64,000 bases of DNA, taken from Phoronis australis (taxonomy: Eukaryota; Animalia; Phoronida). Below the pieces are notes generated by a model. The model searched no databases and had not been told where the DNA came from. It saw nothing but the letters and a program-made list of their open reading frames with translations. Within the stretch, counting starts at the first letter, position 1; each line of letters begins with the position of its first letter. Below, one piece after another: positions 1-10,675 of this stretch. The DNA lies in the NCBI GenBank assembly GCA_002633005.1, contig NMRA01000075.1, forward strand, positions 485,950 to 549,949, written 5' to 3'. The position numbers were made by a program, and so were the translations under genes.

Positions 1-139
1 AGACCTGAAATGGATTTTTGTGGTTGACATCTTTAAATAGAACAAAATCTAGTTAAACACGCCTATAAAATGATGACAAACCCGGCTTTGGCTTATTGAC
101 AGGTATTGAAAGCAGGTATCCCATTCAGTTCTCTGAAAC

Positions 140-415
140 AAAGTATGGCTCTGTAACCTTCGACAACCCACACAACTTTGTAGCAAAATTTGTGAACGCG
201 AAGTCTGCTAAATGGGCAAGCGTGACTTACTGTACGCCTTAGGCGAGGTACACAACAAAGAAGACCACCCCCAGAACCATAATATCCAGTTTGTGGCTCA
301 GAGGTTATGAATTTTTGCTTGAATTTCACTTTTATCACTCCCGTGGGATGCCAGTGATGCATCAGCAGGTGGCAGGAGAAGTCTTTGAGTGGAATCGCCC
401 AAACAGGGTTTAGTA
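140..415 (-). repeat. Old dispersed repeat (family C), copy 1
   Basis: The reverse complement shares ordered blocks (ATACTAAACCCTGTTT, ATATTATGGTTCT.GG.GG.GGTCTT, CTTGCCC.TTTAGCA, GGTTGTCG...TTACAGAG) with 51129-51400 and partly with 62203-62340. Confidence 0.7.
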
Positions 416-1119
416 TTCTTTTAAAATAGCGGAAGAATTACGGAAATAGTGCTAGGTGATGAATTTACATGTATACCAACGGTGCAAAAACACCATTTGT
501 TTTCGCATAGAATTTCCCACCTCGACAAACGGCCATACACTTAAGTGACCACTCAGCTCAGTGAAGTACTCTTTAGTTTTGACTCGCGCTGCCTCTATGC
601 ACCTTTAAAGTATATAATTATCATCCCTAAATTATTGATCAAGTTGTTGTCGGAAGGTAGGAAACTACATGTACTCCTTTCTTTTGGTCAGTACGACAAA
701 TGTTACCCGTACGTATATTGAAGTTTTGAAGTCAAAAGATTCAATTTCTGACGGCTTGATGGAGGTTGTTTTCAGTAAGTAGCCTACACACGTAACTACT
801 GTAAAATCGATAACACTTCGGGACTTATGATTCAAACAGGTTGAATTTTTATACGGCAGAACACTGAGGTACTAGACGCAGGTCTAAGGCAAATTAGCAG
901 AAACGTGCCGTATTAATTTCAGGTTACAGATGCGTATAGGACCATGCGTAAATTTAGCCAAATACCTACAAAACGTTTGAATGGGAGGCGCAGCACTGAA
1001 AAAAGTGGGACTATAGCTCCCCAGCCCCCTATGATGCGCCGCCGACGAATACATATTATTAAAGAAACATTTCATTTTTTGTGAAAGTAGAATTACACTT
1101 TGCCTTCAATGGCTATTAT

Positions 1120-1330
1120 TTAGGTCACGTGACCACGTCTCAAAAAGCTGTTACAGTTTCTCAACTCATCATTTGAAGACCCATTTTGATAGCCACCGTT
1201 CGAAAGTGAAATAATTTTTAAATCAATTTCTATCGCCCTTTTGAAAAAACTGCATAAATCATATCTGGTCTGTAAAAGCATAATGCGTTCCGGTCTGTAC
1301 ACCGACTCATTTTGATACCTGCGCTCACCT
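1120..1330 (-). repeat. Non-autonomous DNA-transposon fragment related to 54780-55075
   Basis: TCTCAAAAAGCTGTTACAGTTT is a near reverse complement of AAACTGTAACAGGTTTTTGAGA at about 54937. Both carry a GGTCAC.TGA.C motif. Confidence 0.45.
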
Positions 1331-1941
1331 CTGACCAGTTGCCAAAGAGATATCACATGCTAACCTAGTGTTGGCTTACGAAATTAATACATAAATATTT
1401 GGAAGTGGACTGCTGCGACGTCCACGTGCGTGCAGTATCAAACCCCTCGAACTACACACGTTGACCCAAGTCGCCACAGTAACCAGGTGGCGAGACCCTC
1501 TCGTCTCCAAGTCGGCTCACCACGATCTCATCCTAAACAACACGTGACAATCGACGGCATTTCGTGAGTCTGCTTAAATTAATCTAATAAACAAAATTCT
1601 AGTAAATCGAGAAGCATAAACTGAAGGGTGAAGCACTGAATATCGCATTTGCTGATTCCCCGTGACTCGCAAGTTACCACAGGCAACAGTTGCCTGGGTG
1701 ACCCCGGCCACTCAGAAGACCCATCACAAATCACGGTTATTGGTTAAATTTACGAATAAAAGAACAACAGATGACAAGTGATCAAACGCGTTGCTTTTAA
1801 TGTCCGGTATTACAAGATAATGTCATACATGTGGACAAAAATTAACAACATACATGTGTATCAGAAAGATTCAATAAACGCTGGTGTGGACTTGCGAATT
1901 AAATGGCACATAGTAAATTAACAAATGGTTATTTGTATGCT

Positions 1942-1947
1942 TTTATT
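1942..1947 (-). terminator. Candidate polyadenylation signal (AATAAA) of the NKY gene
   Basis: This is the first minus-strand AATAAA I found downstream of the stop at 3300. It is followed by U/GU-rich sequence and implies a 3' UTR of about 1.35 kb. Confidence 0.35.
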
Positions 1948-3299
1948 ATGAATTTAACAATGAGTTCAATTGAAAACAGAACAAGTTATCTTGATTTGAT
2001 CATCGTGACCCATACTTATCAGTTACATTATGAGGTAAACGGAACCGGAAATAAATCTGTTAGATGGGCATCAGTGATACAGACAGTTACATGTACATGT
2101 ACAAAAGAATAGGCATGAAGAATTAATTGAACGCAAAATCAAAATGAGTCCGAGGGTAGTACAGATTTTTTTAGTTGGTGACACAAATTTGAAAAGCCCG
2201 AAAACGCCTGAAAACTGGATAACTCTATTTGGATTTTAACTTTTTGGCTTCTTTGCAGATAGGTAAAAATAAACGTGAATCTATTCTAGAGTAACAGTGA
2301 GTTGTGAAGTGTATCTCTTTCGCCGGCTGGGGTGTGTTCCATAAGACGACTTGATTGCGAGTTTGGTGAATCAAGATTAATCACAACCACCTTTTGAGTA
2401 GAAGGTTGCCGTGTTGTACATTGTTTCGCGAGTAAACTCGTGGACCAAGTAGCTTAGATTATCAAAATGGCCTCCACTGAAGAATTGGTTGGCTAAGATG
2501 GACTGTTAAAGCACTGTCACTCGTTTTCGACATTTTTTGTAGTTAAAATATTGTGTTTCAATTCGTCGTTCGAGAGCTCGAAACAACACGTCCATCTTAC
2601 CCATTACCTGAACCGGAAATGAATTGTCGAAGAAAGCTGCAGGCGAACAGTATTTCCATTTAGTAATTCGAGATTTCTCACCGCAAGTGTCTCTCGAGTG
2701 CCTAGAGCGCTACACAACGCCCTCCCGGTGATCAAATATGTGCTCTGCTTGGACTGCCAGTTGGGGAACCAATTTCCTCTATCCGTCGCGCATTCGGCGT
2801 CACCTTCTACGATTAAAAGGAGCAGTCGTCCTGTTTTAGTTGTATCATCATGATCAGTCAAACAGAAGAGATATTGCTCCGCCATTTTTCGACAGCACTA
2901 AAGTTGTATATTACTCCATTACGGATACTTCAAAGTTTGTGTAGAACGTGCAACTTCTCGAATGACCCCTGGACTGTAGAAAGTGCAACCATACAAGATG
3001 ACGTGTTAAAATGTGTCGGTTCTACAGTCTATTTTGCAATGTACAGCCGTAGAGAAAATTCGGTCACCAACACGATGAACGTCGTAATATTTGAACATGG
3101 GCTATTGTTCAAAACTGAGTCCTTTCTAAGGAATATTTCTGAACGCTGTCACATGTCAGTTCCCAATATCAAAGATCTCATTCAAGCGATCACGATCAGT
3201 TTTGTCTTCACCACTGTCGAACACTCAGTCTTCTATCAACTCTTTCCTGCTCACATCTCCGATTGACTATTTCAGCAACGAACCTGCAGCAGTTGCGTA

Positions 3300-3758
3300 T
3301 TATTTTCCGTAACGGAATATTTGATTACCTGCATTGGACTTGGCATGTTCAAGCTCTATAGGGCCGAATTTTGTTTCTGCCGAAAGAGGCCCACCCCCTA
3401 GGCTCGACCAAAACTTCTTCTCTAGCACTGTGTGTCCTATTCCGTCACTTCCGGCACCCGCGGAATTTGGCTGTGTGCGGTCAATCTTCACCCTTTCCAA
3501 AGCCGGCGGTACCCGATCTAGCAATTCCTTGAGACGTTCTGCATGGTTCGATTCCAGAAATGCATTTTCATTTTTGGTGCTTGAAATTTTATTAAGCAGA
3601 GTCCTATCTTTTGATTCCAAACGATCTAAAAGCAGCCGTCGCATGACACCACTGTCACTTTTTTGTGAAGCAGATGGAGAATTTTCGGCAGGATGTAGGC
3701 ACTGTGTGAGCCTCATCGAAATTATGGCAATCGCCAGAGGAATGAGTAGGGACGTCAT
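3300..3758 (-). CDS. NKY: NKY (neuropeptide KY)-type prepropeptide, 152 aa; predicted mature peptide FWSSLGGGPLSAETKFGPIELEHAKSNAGNQIFRY-amide
   Basis: The ATG at 3758 opens a hydrophobic signal peptide (MTSLLIPLAIAIISMRLTQC). A dibasic KK precedes the peptide and the C-terminus carries the amidation signal RY-G-K-stop. The FW-x3-GGPL-x2-ET-(K/R)...RYamide pattern matches lophotrochozoan NKY as I recall it (Platynereis NKY: KAFWQPMMGGPLPVETR...AMRYamide). Confidence 0.9.
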   Translation of the reverse strand: MTSLLIPLAIAIISMRLTQCLHPAENSPSASQKSDSGVMRRLLLDRLESKDRTLLNKISSTKNENAFLESNHAERLKELLDRVPPALERVKIDRTQPNSAGAGSDGIGHTVLEKKFWSSLGGGPLSAETKFGPIELEHAKSNAGNQIFRYGK

Positions 3759-3787
3759 TGCTTCCCAAAGTTGGAGTATTGCCCTTT

Positions 3788-3815
3788 CTGAAATGGAGGA
3801 GGAAATTGCATTAGA
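3788..3815 (-). other. Splice acceptor of the NKY coding exon
   Basis: The minus strand reads ttCTAATgcaatttcctcctccatttCAG|aaagggc: a branch-point-like CTAAT, a polypyrimidine tract and CAG, 29 nt upstream of the ATG. Confidence 0.7.
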
Positions 3816-3882
3816 ACTTGACACAAGACGCTTACAGCCCCATGTAGCGCCATCTTGTTTTTGGATGAAGCCCTTGAATAGT

Positions 3883-3889
3883 TTTTATA
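3883..3889 (-). promoter_or_regulatory. Proximal TATA box candidate (TATAAAA)
   Basis: TATAAAA on the minus strand about 130 bp upstream of the NKY ATG. Confidence 0.35.
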
Positions 3890-4027
3890 TGGCAAATTGA
3901 TGTTCCAAATTAAGCAAGACAGAGCCGTGGCGAAAATGAAATTTGTTGATTGCGTTGATTGATCTATTTAAATTTGAATGTTACGTGTTTGGCTTGTCCT
4001 AATCAGTGATGCGAGTGAGGCTATTCA

Positions 4028-4035
4028 TGACGTCA
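4028..4035. promoter_or_regulatory. Perfect cAMP response element (TGACGTCA)
   Basis: Exact palindromic CRE 270 bp upstream of the NKY ATG. CREs are common in neuropeptide gene regulatory regions. Confidence 0.45.
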
Positions 4036-4037
4036 TT

Positions 4038-4421
4038 CTACAATAGCTGTTTCAGCGAGTAAGTTCTGATGTTTAAATCCACAAAGTCATGCATTACGTT
4101 TTTCTACTTCCGGGAAAGAGGAGAGTTATGACTATTACGTGTCACTACCATTCCAGTATCTATTTTCCAAGAGTCTGGAACGGCTGTTACTGAGTGCAAA
4201 TGGCTCTACGCATGCGCTTCAATTCATATTTGCTCAGCCGTAAAAGCGATTATAAAACAATTTAATTATTGTGCTCACGATAGGCTCCGCCATGGTCAAA
4301 GAAATAAGCACAGCTGAATTGTATATAATCGCGTGATTCAAGCTCCAGTATTCAGTACATTACCCTCAGGTGCGCAACTTCTGGGCGTGTCGAGGTGCGG
4401 GCGAGTAAGCCCCCTAATAAT
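4038..4421 (+). repeat. Dispersed repeat A, copy 1 (probable non-autonomous DNA transposon)
   Basis: Colinear high similarity to 17205-17580, from CTACAATAG.TGTTTCAGCGAGTAAGTTCTGA to CCCCTAATAAT. Confidence 0.9.
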
Positions 4422-4422
4422 T

Positions 4423-4705
4423 TAGTTGGGCTAAGAAAGACAAAGTTAGTCAACAGGCCCATTCAAATGAATTTTTTCCAAATTAGTGAGTTTTGAAGAA
4501 ATTGGTTTCATGTGAGCTGGTTGAGTCCACTTACATGTACCCTAATCCTTAGCCGCGGATTTACTTGGTGTTACTGGGATTTGTTCTCATTTTTCCCCAC
4601 ATCGAAACTTGGATTGTGTATGAGACAGTGAAGATGAATGCTATTTTCACCCAGCAATTTACAGGCAAAAGCTGACGAGACCTCAACACAGCCGCAATGA
4701 ATTTT
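4423..4705 (+). repeat. Dispersed repeat B, copy 1
   Basis: Colinear high similarity to 22644-22920 (TAGTTGGGCTAAGAAAGAC ... CAACACAGCCGCAAT). Confidence 0.9.
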
Positions 4706-7700
4706 CACGATGACTTCTAAATCAGGTCCAAGAAATTTATTTCAAATCCCAACCAAAAGCTTTGACAACGACAGCAGTTTTACTCAGGTCCCATGGCCTA
4801 CACCATTACTTGTCGAATACCCGTTTACCGATTAGAGGCGACATAATGAAATTCGGCTTGTCGCTAGGAGGTGCCGATAGAGTTATTGGCGGACAAAGTT
4901 CTGCGCCATTGTTTGGAGGTTTCATGCAGTGAAGTTGTCAGTTTTTTAAATTTTTGCGACCAACTTGCTGTCAAATTGCCACTTTTGTGTTGTACGAAAT
5001 TCAAACAACTCCCTCGAAACTTTCCATCTCTTAGTCCCATCAAGATATCGCAAACGAAAGAATACTTCGTTTATTACAGCCCTGCATGTTCTTGAATTTG
5101 CGTTTTGTAGCAACTCGAATTCACAGAATTGAAAGTCCACTCGAATTCAAGTTCGGTGACCATTTTTGGTGCGCAACCCGAAATTCGAAATTCAACTTCA
5201 AATCTTTGCAAGAGCGTCAGGGAGTATACGCTGGGCATGCTACTATAACTGATCTGATAACGCTTTTGTCTGGTTTCAAGGTTTGGGAAATAAAACACGT
5301 AATAATTTAGTCTAAACAGTTCGTTGGACCCCTTTCATAAAATATAAGAACCTACGCAGGCCCGTTTTATAATCACCGTTGTCAATTGCTTACAGTACTT
5401 TTGGAGGGAGATTTTGTGAGATGTTGAAGTCTCAAAATTGTTGGAGAGAGTAAAGGGCTACATGTACATGTATGTAGCAGACTCTCCCGGACCTCTTCGG
5501 GCCCGACTTCTATCCTTCAACTATGGTCTCCCTCCAGTGGCCGTTCTCCCTCACTGTCTGAACTTCTTTGCCTACTCTCGTTATAAAATGATGAACTTTT
5601 GGAGCTGGGGCTGTGCTCATATTTATTACATTGATGGGCGTTAAAATTCTTTTGTATTTTCTGAATGAGCTTTAGCGCAAAGAGTACCGTTCTCTAAATT
5701 TTGTTCACTTGGGTTTATTTCTAACGTCGCAGTCGGATACCACCAAGCGCTGCTCGATACATTACTCACAAAAAGACAAATCACGTGACGTAAAATTTGA
5801 AGTTTTATTAAAAGTGTGTCAAGCGTTTGATAAATTATCGAATCGAGTCTCACTCAGTGAAGTTTGCGTTCCCGGTTTATTAAAATGAAATCTTGATAAG
5901 GTTTTCTTTATCAAAATGCGTAACCTTTCTGGATTACGCAAAAAGCCTTACTGTAATTGATACCACACAAATTATGTAAATAATCAAAACTAGGATCTTC
6001 TTAAAAATTACGATCGCTCATTATTTCCTGCTTAAAAGAAAAAAATCTATGTTATAGGATGTATAATAACTCATTTCCTCCATTCCCAAATGCTCTCAAG
6101 CAATCAAATCCACACCTGGATCAACTAATGCCTGAATACACGCACCGTTTAGCATTCCCGGCAAAATATTAGTGAAATAAAACAACGCTTTAAATAATAT
6201 TTAGGGGCCCTAGTTATGATGTCACTTGTTCTGTTAAATCCGAAGCAAACGCGAAAAAAACGACCGAAAAAAAAACAAAAGAACAGCGACTGCGTGCAGG
6301 ACAATAACCGTACAGGGCGCAGTAGACTACTTGATTAAAATGAAATGTTATAGTCGTCCTGGCATGAACCACGTGGGCAAAAAGACGTGGAATGTGAGAT
6401 CAGGCACAAGTAAGCACTGTTTTCAGGATTTTTATGGAGGATTTCCCAAGACTAACACTTCAAGTAATTAGAAATCATTTTTGTGAAACACAACACCTTC
6501 TCCATTAGTTAATTCGTCTAACCGGAACATATGGTGCGATTATATATGCTCAGCATATACCGATGCTGGGTTCAGTGTCGGCCAGATTAAGGTTTCTCGG
6601 AACCCCCACACTATAAAATGTCTAGGGCATTATTATTTAGAGATGCAACGGTCGTCATTCATCCCCATGGTCAAATATTTCACCGCGCTACCACTCTCGG
6701 TCATCGCATGTTCACTCTCTGTCATCCATTCTAGGAGGCATGCACCACTGTGGATAAGAGGCAAGGTATCCATTTCAGTATCGGCCTCTAAACTGGGGCA
6801 AATGTGTCTTAGTGGAACAATCTGACACTACTCAGATTTCTTGTAATTCCTGGTCCCGGGTATTTTATTATTGACTGAGGTAAAGCACTGTCAATAAAAT
6901 AACCAGCCTGGCTGAATCTGTTGTCCAGGGGTCTAACCTTGGTACTCAAAATCCAACACGACATTCTTGTTTTAATGCTTGTGCTACAAGCTTGAGCAAG
7001 AACTCTTCAGATTTTGAGTAAAATCTTGACATTTCGAGTTCGGCCTCGACCTTACAAATGTAGGTTTCATTCTAGGTCATCAAGTGCGAGCTATGGTTAT
7101 ACGCTTATTCTCTTAAGCATTTTGAGTGAGAAGATGAGACCCCGGGAATGGGTCTCGCACAATGAAAAACGGCCAGTTTGCTAATGTTCGAAGTTACATT
7201 ATGAGAAGAATTAAATAGATATCACTTTTGAAACGGCAAGTGGTCTAACTTACATGTATGACAGCATTTGTGCTCATAGCACGTTTAAATCTAGTGTTCA
7301 CATATATTACTAAAGCGTTAACACGATTACGTTTTCCCGGGATTCAGTTGCTTTTACATGCTAAGTTTTCTTCGACATGAGTGTTAAAAATACTTATTAT
7401 AATAGATACATGTATTCTTTTGCTACAACAAAAGCTTCGAACACTTAGGCGAAGAAATCATTTCATGGCTGGGTGCGTGGAAAGGCAGGGAGGGTCAAAT
7501 TTGCTTTTTTTAATTTGGTTTTATACAAAATTTTCGTGTAGAAACTTTTAGTAATTAATTTTTAATTAATTGACACATATTAACACCTGGCATGCAGAGG
7601 CGCTTAAACCTAGCTCCGATCCGCAATGGTTGGAAGGCGGGCGTTACCCGCCCCCAGGAACAGCAAGTTGAATACTCTTACGTCGGCGATGTGTTACAAT

Positions 7701-7899
7701 TTGCAGTTGGCACTAGGTAGCGCTTGTGTGCAAATATGGATTACTGCTTGCGGTTTACATGTATCGTACGTGAAGGTTTTAAGGAGGTGGAATTTCACAA
7801 GGTTTCAAAGTCCTTTGCTATAGCCACATGCGTCCAAACAGAATTGTTTTGTTGTACGGCGGGGTGTTCATATGATCAGCGCTCAAAGATTACTGTCGC

Positions 7900-8054
7900 C
7901 AGTGGCGGATTTAGAGGGGGGCCAAGGGGGCCATGGCCCCCCCTAAAAATCTCACAGATACAGTTGTCAATTCGGGATGCGAATGTCGGACGGCCAAAAT
8001 CCTGGCTAATACTCTGCCCTGCTCCCACAACTCAAAATCCTGGACTCTCCCCTG
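7900..8054 (+). mobile_element. hAT-like MITE with 5-bp TSD
   Basis: TIRs CAGTGGCGGATT...GGACTCTCCCCTG with flanks GTCGC/GTCCC. Homologous to 45344-45502 and 52873-53031. Confidence 0.8.
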
Positions 8055-10484
8055 GTCCCGAAGTGACCTTATCAAAAATTGATTCTTCTTGGCCTAATTC
8101 TCGTCTTGAATGGTAAATTTTAACGTGGGTCAAACAGAAGTCGTCGCGTGCTCTCATAACTCTCAAGTGCTGTATATTGGATGATTCTTATTAAATTAAT
8201 TCATGAAGTTGAGAGTCATATTAACCTACCCATCGAGATTACTGTGATTGTTGCAAGACGTCTGTGTGGTACGTGACAACCTCGTGAGACAAGCAGAACG
8301 ACAGGCGCCGTCAGAGATAAATCTTAAAGAGGTACTTGGTAGTGTTGACTTCGAGATGCTTTGGTGTTTAAACATATTAGCATCCGTTTTGCATTGTTGC
8401 GTACATGCGTCATTTTCGAGTTCGAGCAAAATAAACCCAGAAGCGTATTCCCGAGTCTCTGATTTTTTGATATTTTTGTTGTTAACAGAAATAGAAATCT
8501 GTCACCAACTTATGAAAGTAAGTACTGTAAAACGCCTAAATCGATTTTCTTTTTGAGACAGCCTCGTGTATGCAGGGCTTTTCGAAGTGTCGCAGTTCCA
8601 TGTTATTACAGACTTTCATCGGATGGCGGTAGTTGCTAGCTGAGACCTTTATTTGTATACATTTTGTTGCAAAAAGTTACGGGGCTAGCAGACGATCGAC
8701 CGATTACGTTTTACATCTGCGACAAACGTGGGAAGGCTGCGACAGTCGGCATTTAACTCGTACTTTCTGTCACGGAAGGAAGTTGTTACTGTACTAGCTT
8801 GCCGTTATAAAACAGCTTTCCGTTCAGTAACGCCAGGACCTCGCTAAGAAACAAGACTTCGCAAGATTACGTGAGATATTGCCGTGTACTTTTAGCGAGA
8901 ACACGTAACTTTGACTAGAATTTAGCTACAGTAGGCCCTAGCGTAGGTCTTAGTGTTGCTGAACGAAGGCTTTGTTTATCCTGCTCCTTTCTCAGTTTAA
9001 ACGTTATCTCTGATGTCTGAAGAACTGATAGTTCGTCATTTCAGGTCACGTGACCAGCACCAGGGGTGCAGTCTGAAACTACTTATGACAGTCTCCGATC
9101 TAATTTAGTAAGACTTCAAGATAAGTGGTTACTTTTGAGGGCTTAAGTATAGGGTGCTTTATACAAATGGGTGTTGTCCAAATTCGCACTCGATGATCCC
9201 CAGACTGAAGTCTGCAAATTCGTCGATTAAAAACTGCAGAAATAACGATCTGTCGGTTCTTTTCCCATCTAGTTTGGCAAAATGGAACAATTGATAACCG
9301 ATTTCGCAATGGAAAGTAGACTAAAACAAAACATGTCAGAAAGCACGGATTTAATGCCTCTTTAACTGTACTATATTGAGATTGGATTTAAAAATACACT
9401 GATGCAACATTGGTTCCTAGTATGTTACCGATATCCTGGAGAGCCTTCACCCTGGGTCAGTTAGGTGAAAGTTTTTACTTTTGAGAACAGTGATACTAAC
9501 CACGCTATCACGCGAGGCGATGCAATTGTTGACCAATGGCGTTGACATATGCCAACAATCGCTGCTTAAGCTAAAGACGCGATTTATAAACAGAACGCCT
9601 GGATGAGTTAGGAAACATTTTCACTAGGGCACCCCAGACGTGTTTTGGAATCACTAAAACATTCATTTTCGTACATTCCTAAGCGTTGCGTCTTGTTCAG
9701 TTGCCAATAATATCCAGCGAGGTTATCGGCATTGTGTGAAACGATTACGTCCGGTTGTAACGTTAATCAGTTTGTGATGAACATTTTGGGATCTAGCAAA
9801 TTAAATCGGTTTCATAAAGTATGCTTGTTTGTTACACCTGCAACGGCTATGCGTTACTGAACTCAACAAGAACAGGGTAGTATTTTAGTCACGAGAAGTG
9901 CTAAAATGTGCGACTTACACTGCTCGAAACGCCCATTAGCATGTTCGCTTATAAAGCATGCTCGTGAAAACACCCACGGGCATGTTGTGAAGCACTTTTG
10001 AAACATTTTCAAGGAGCCACAGAAGGTAAGAGAAATCACTATTCTCAAAAACTGTTATGAGTTCAGAGAATCGAATTTGTCATTCGGTAACATTTCCCAG
10101 TTTTCCAAAGACTACGTAGAAAAAAGAATTCCTCTGTGACAACGTATCAAAGCTGCATTCTGCCCTGGTAGAAGTTTAAAATGATAATCGAATCAGGCCT
10201 TCTGCTTTCATAAAATCGGTCTCACAATAGTCTTAACAATAATTGTAAGATACTGGCTCCGTTGCCAACAGGAACAGGGTGAGTGTGGTAATATTTTTAA
10301 GCCCTAACGTGCGTCGGTAAAAAATTCAACAATTAAGAGCTAAAGAAGGGCAAACGTAACTTTAAATACACCATGAAGTTTACAAGAATTTTGTTTAACT
10401 AAAAATGAGCTATCGAATTTCTTTCTCATCAGAACAAACTTTGTGAAAACATAGTTTGAATCATAACATCGCCTTTTCACTTAC

Positions 10485-10540
10485 CTTTGTACAATTACAA
10501 AAAGTATTCTGGATTCTCGCTTGCTTAGGCAACTCTATCT
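10485..10540 (-). other. Candidate non-coding first exon (probably of NKY)
   Basis: Consensus donor AAG|GTAAGTG at 10485/10484 on the minus strand, about 75 bp downstream of a TATATAAA box. The exon contains no ATG. Confidence 0.5.
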
Positions 10541-10557
10541 GCACACCTGCACCGTGC

Positions 10558-10675
10558 TTTATATATAAGCAAAATCATACCCAATAGCAGATCGCAGAGT
10601 TTGCAAATGCCAATCAATCAATTCATCATTTTTTACGCGTTGGAGTATTGTTGAGATACGAGGCGTCCAATCAGG
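10558..10675 (-). promoter_or_regulatory. TATA plus triple CCAAT promoter cluster
   Basis: TATATAAA on the minus strand at about 10558-10565, and CCAAT at 10581, 10610 (GCCAATCA) and 10667 (TCCAATCA). Confidence 0.55.

Noticed and set aside
3759-3824. N-terminal extension MSSSNA... in the ORF track
   Set aside because: It uses a GTG start and spans the splice acceptor. The signal peptide begins at the ATG at 3758.
3334-3900. 188-aa plus-strand ORF
   Set aside because: It is the antisense shadow of the NKY CDS, with a non-ATG start and no recognisable features.
6859-6904. AT-rich hairpin containing TGAGGTA (let-7-like start)
   Set aside because: The sequence diverges from let-7 after 7 nt, the motif lies in the loop, and the stem is too short for a pre-miRNA.
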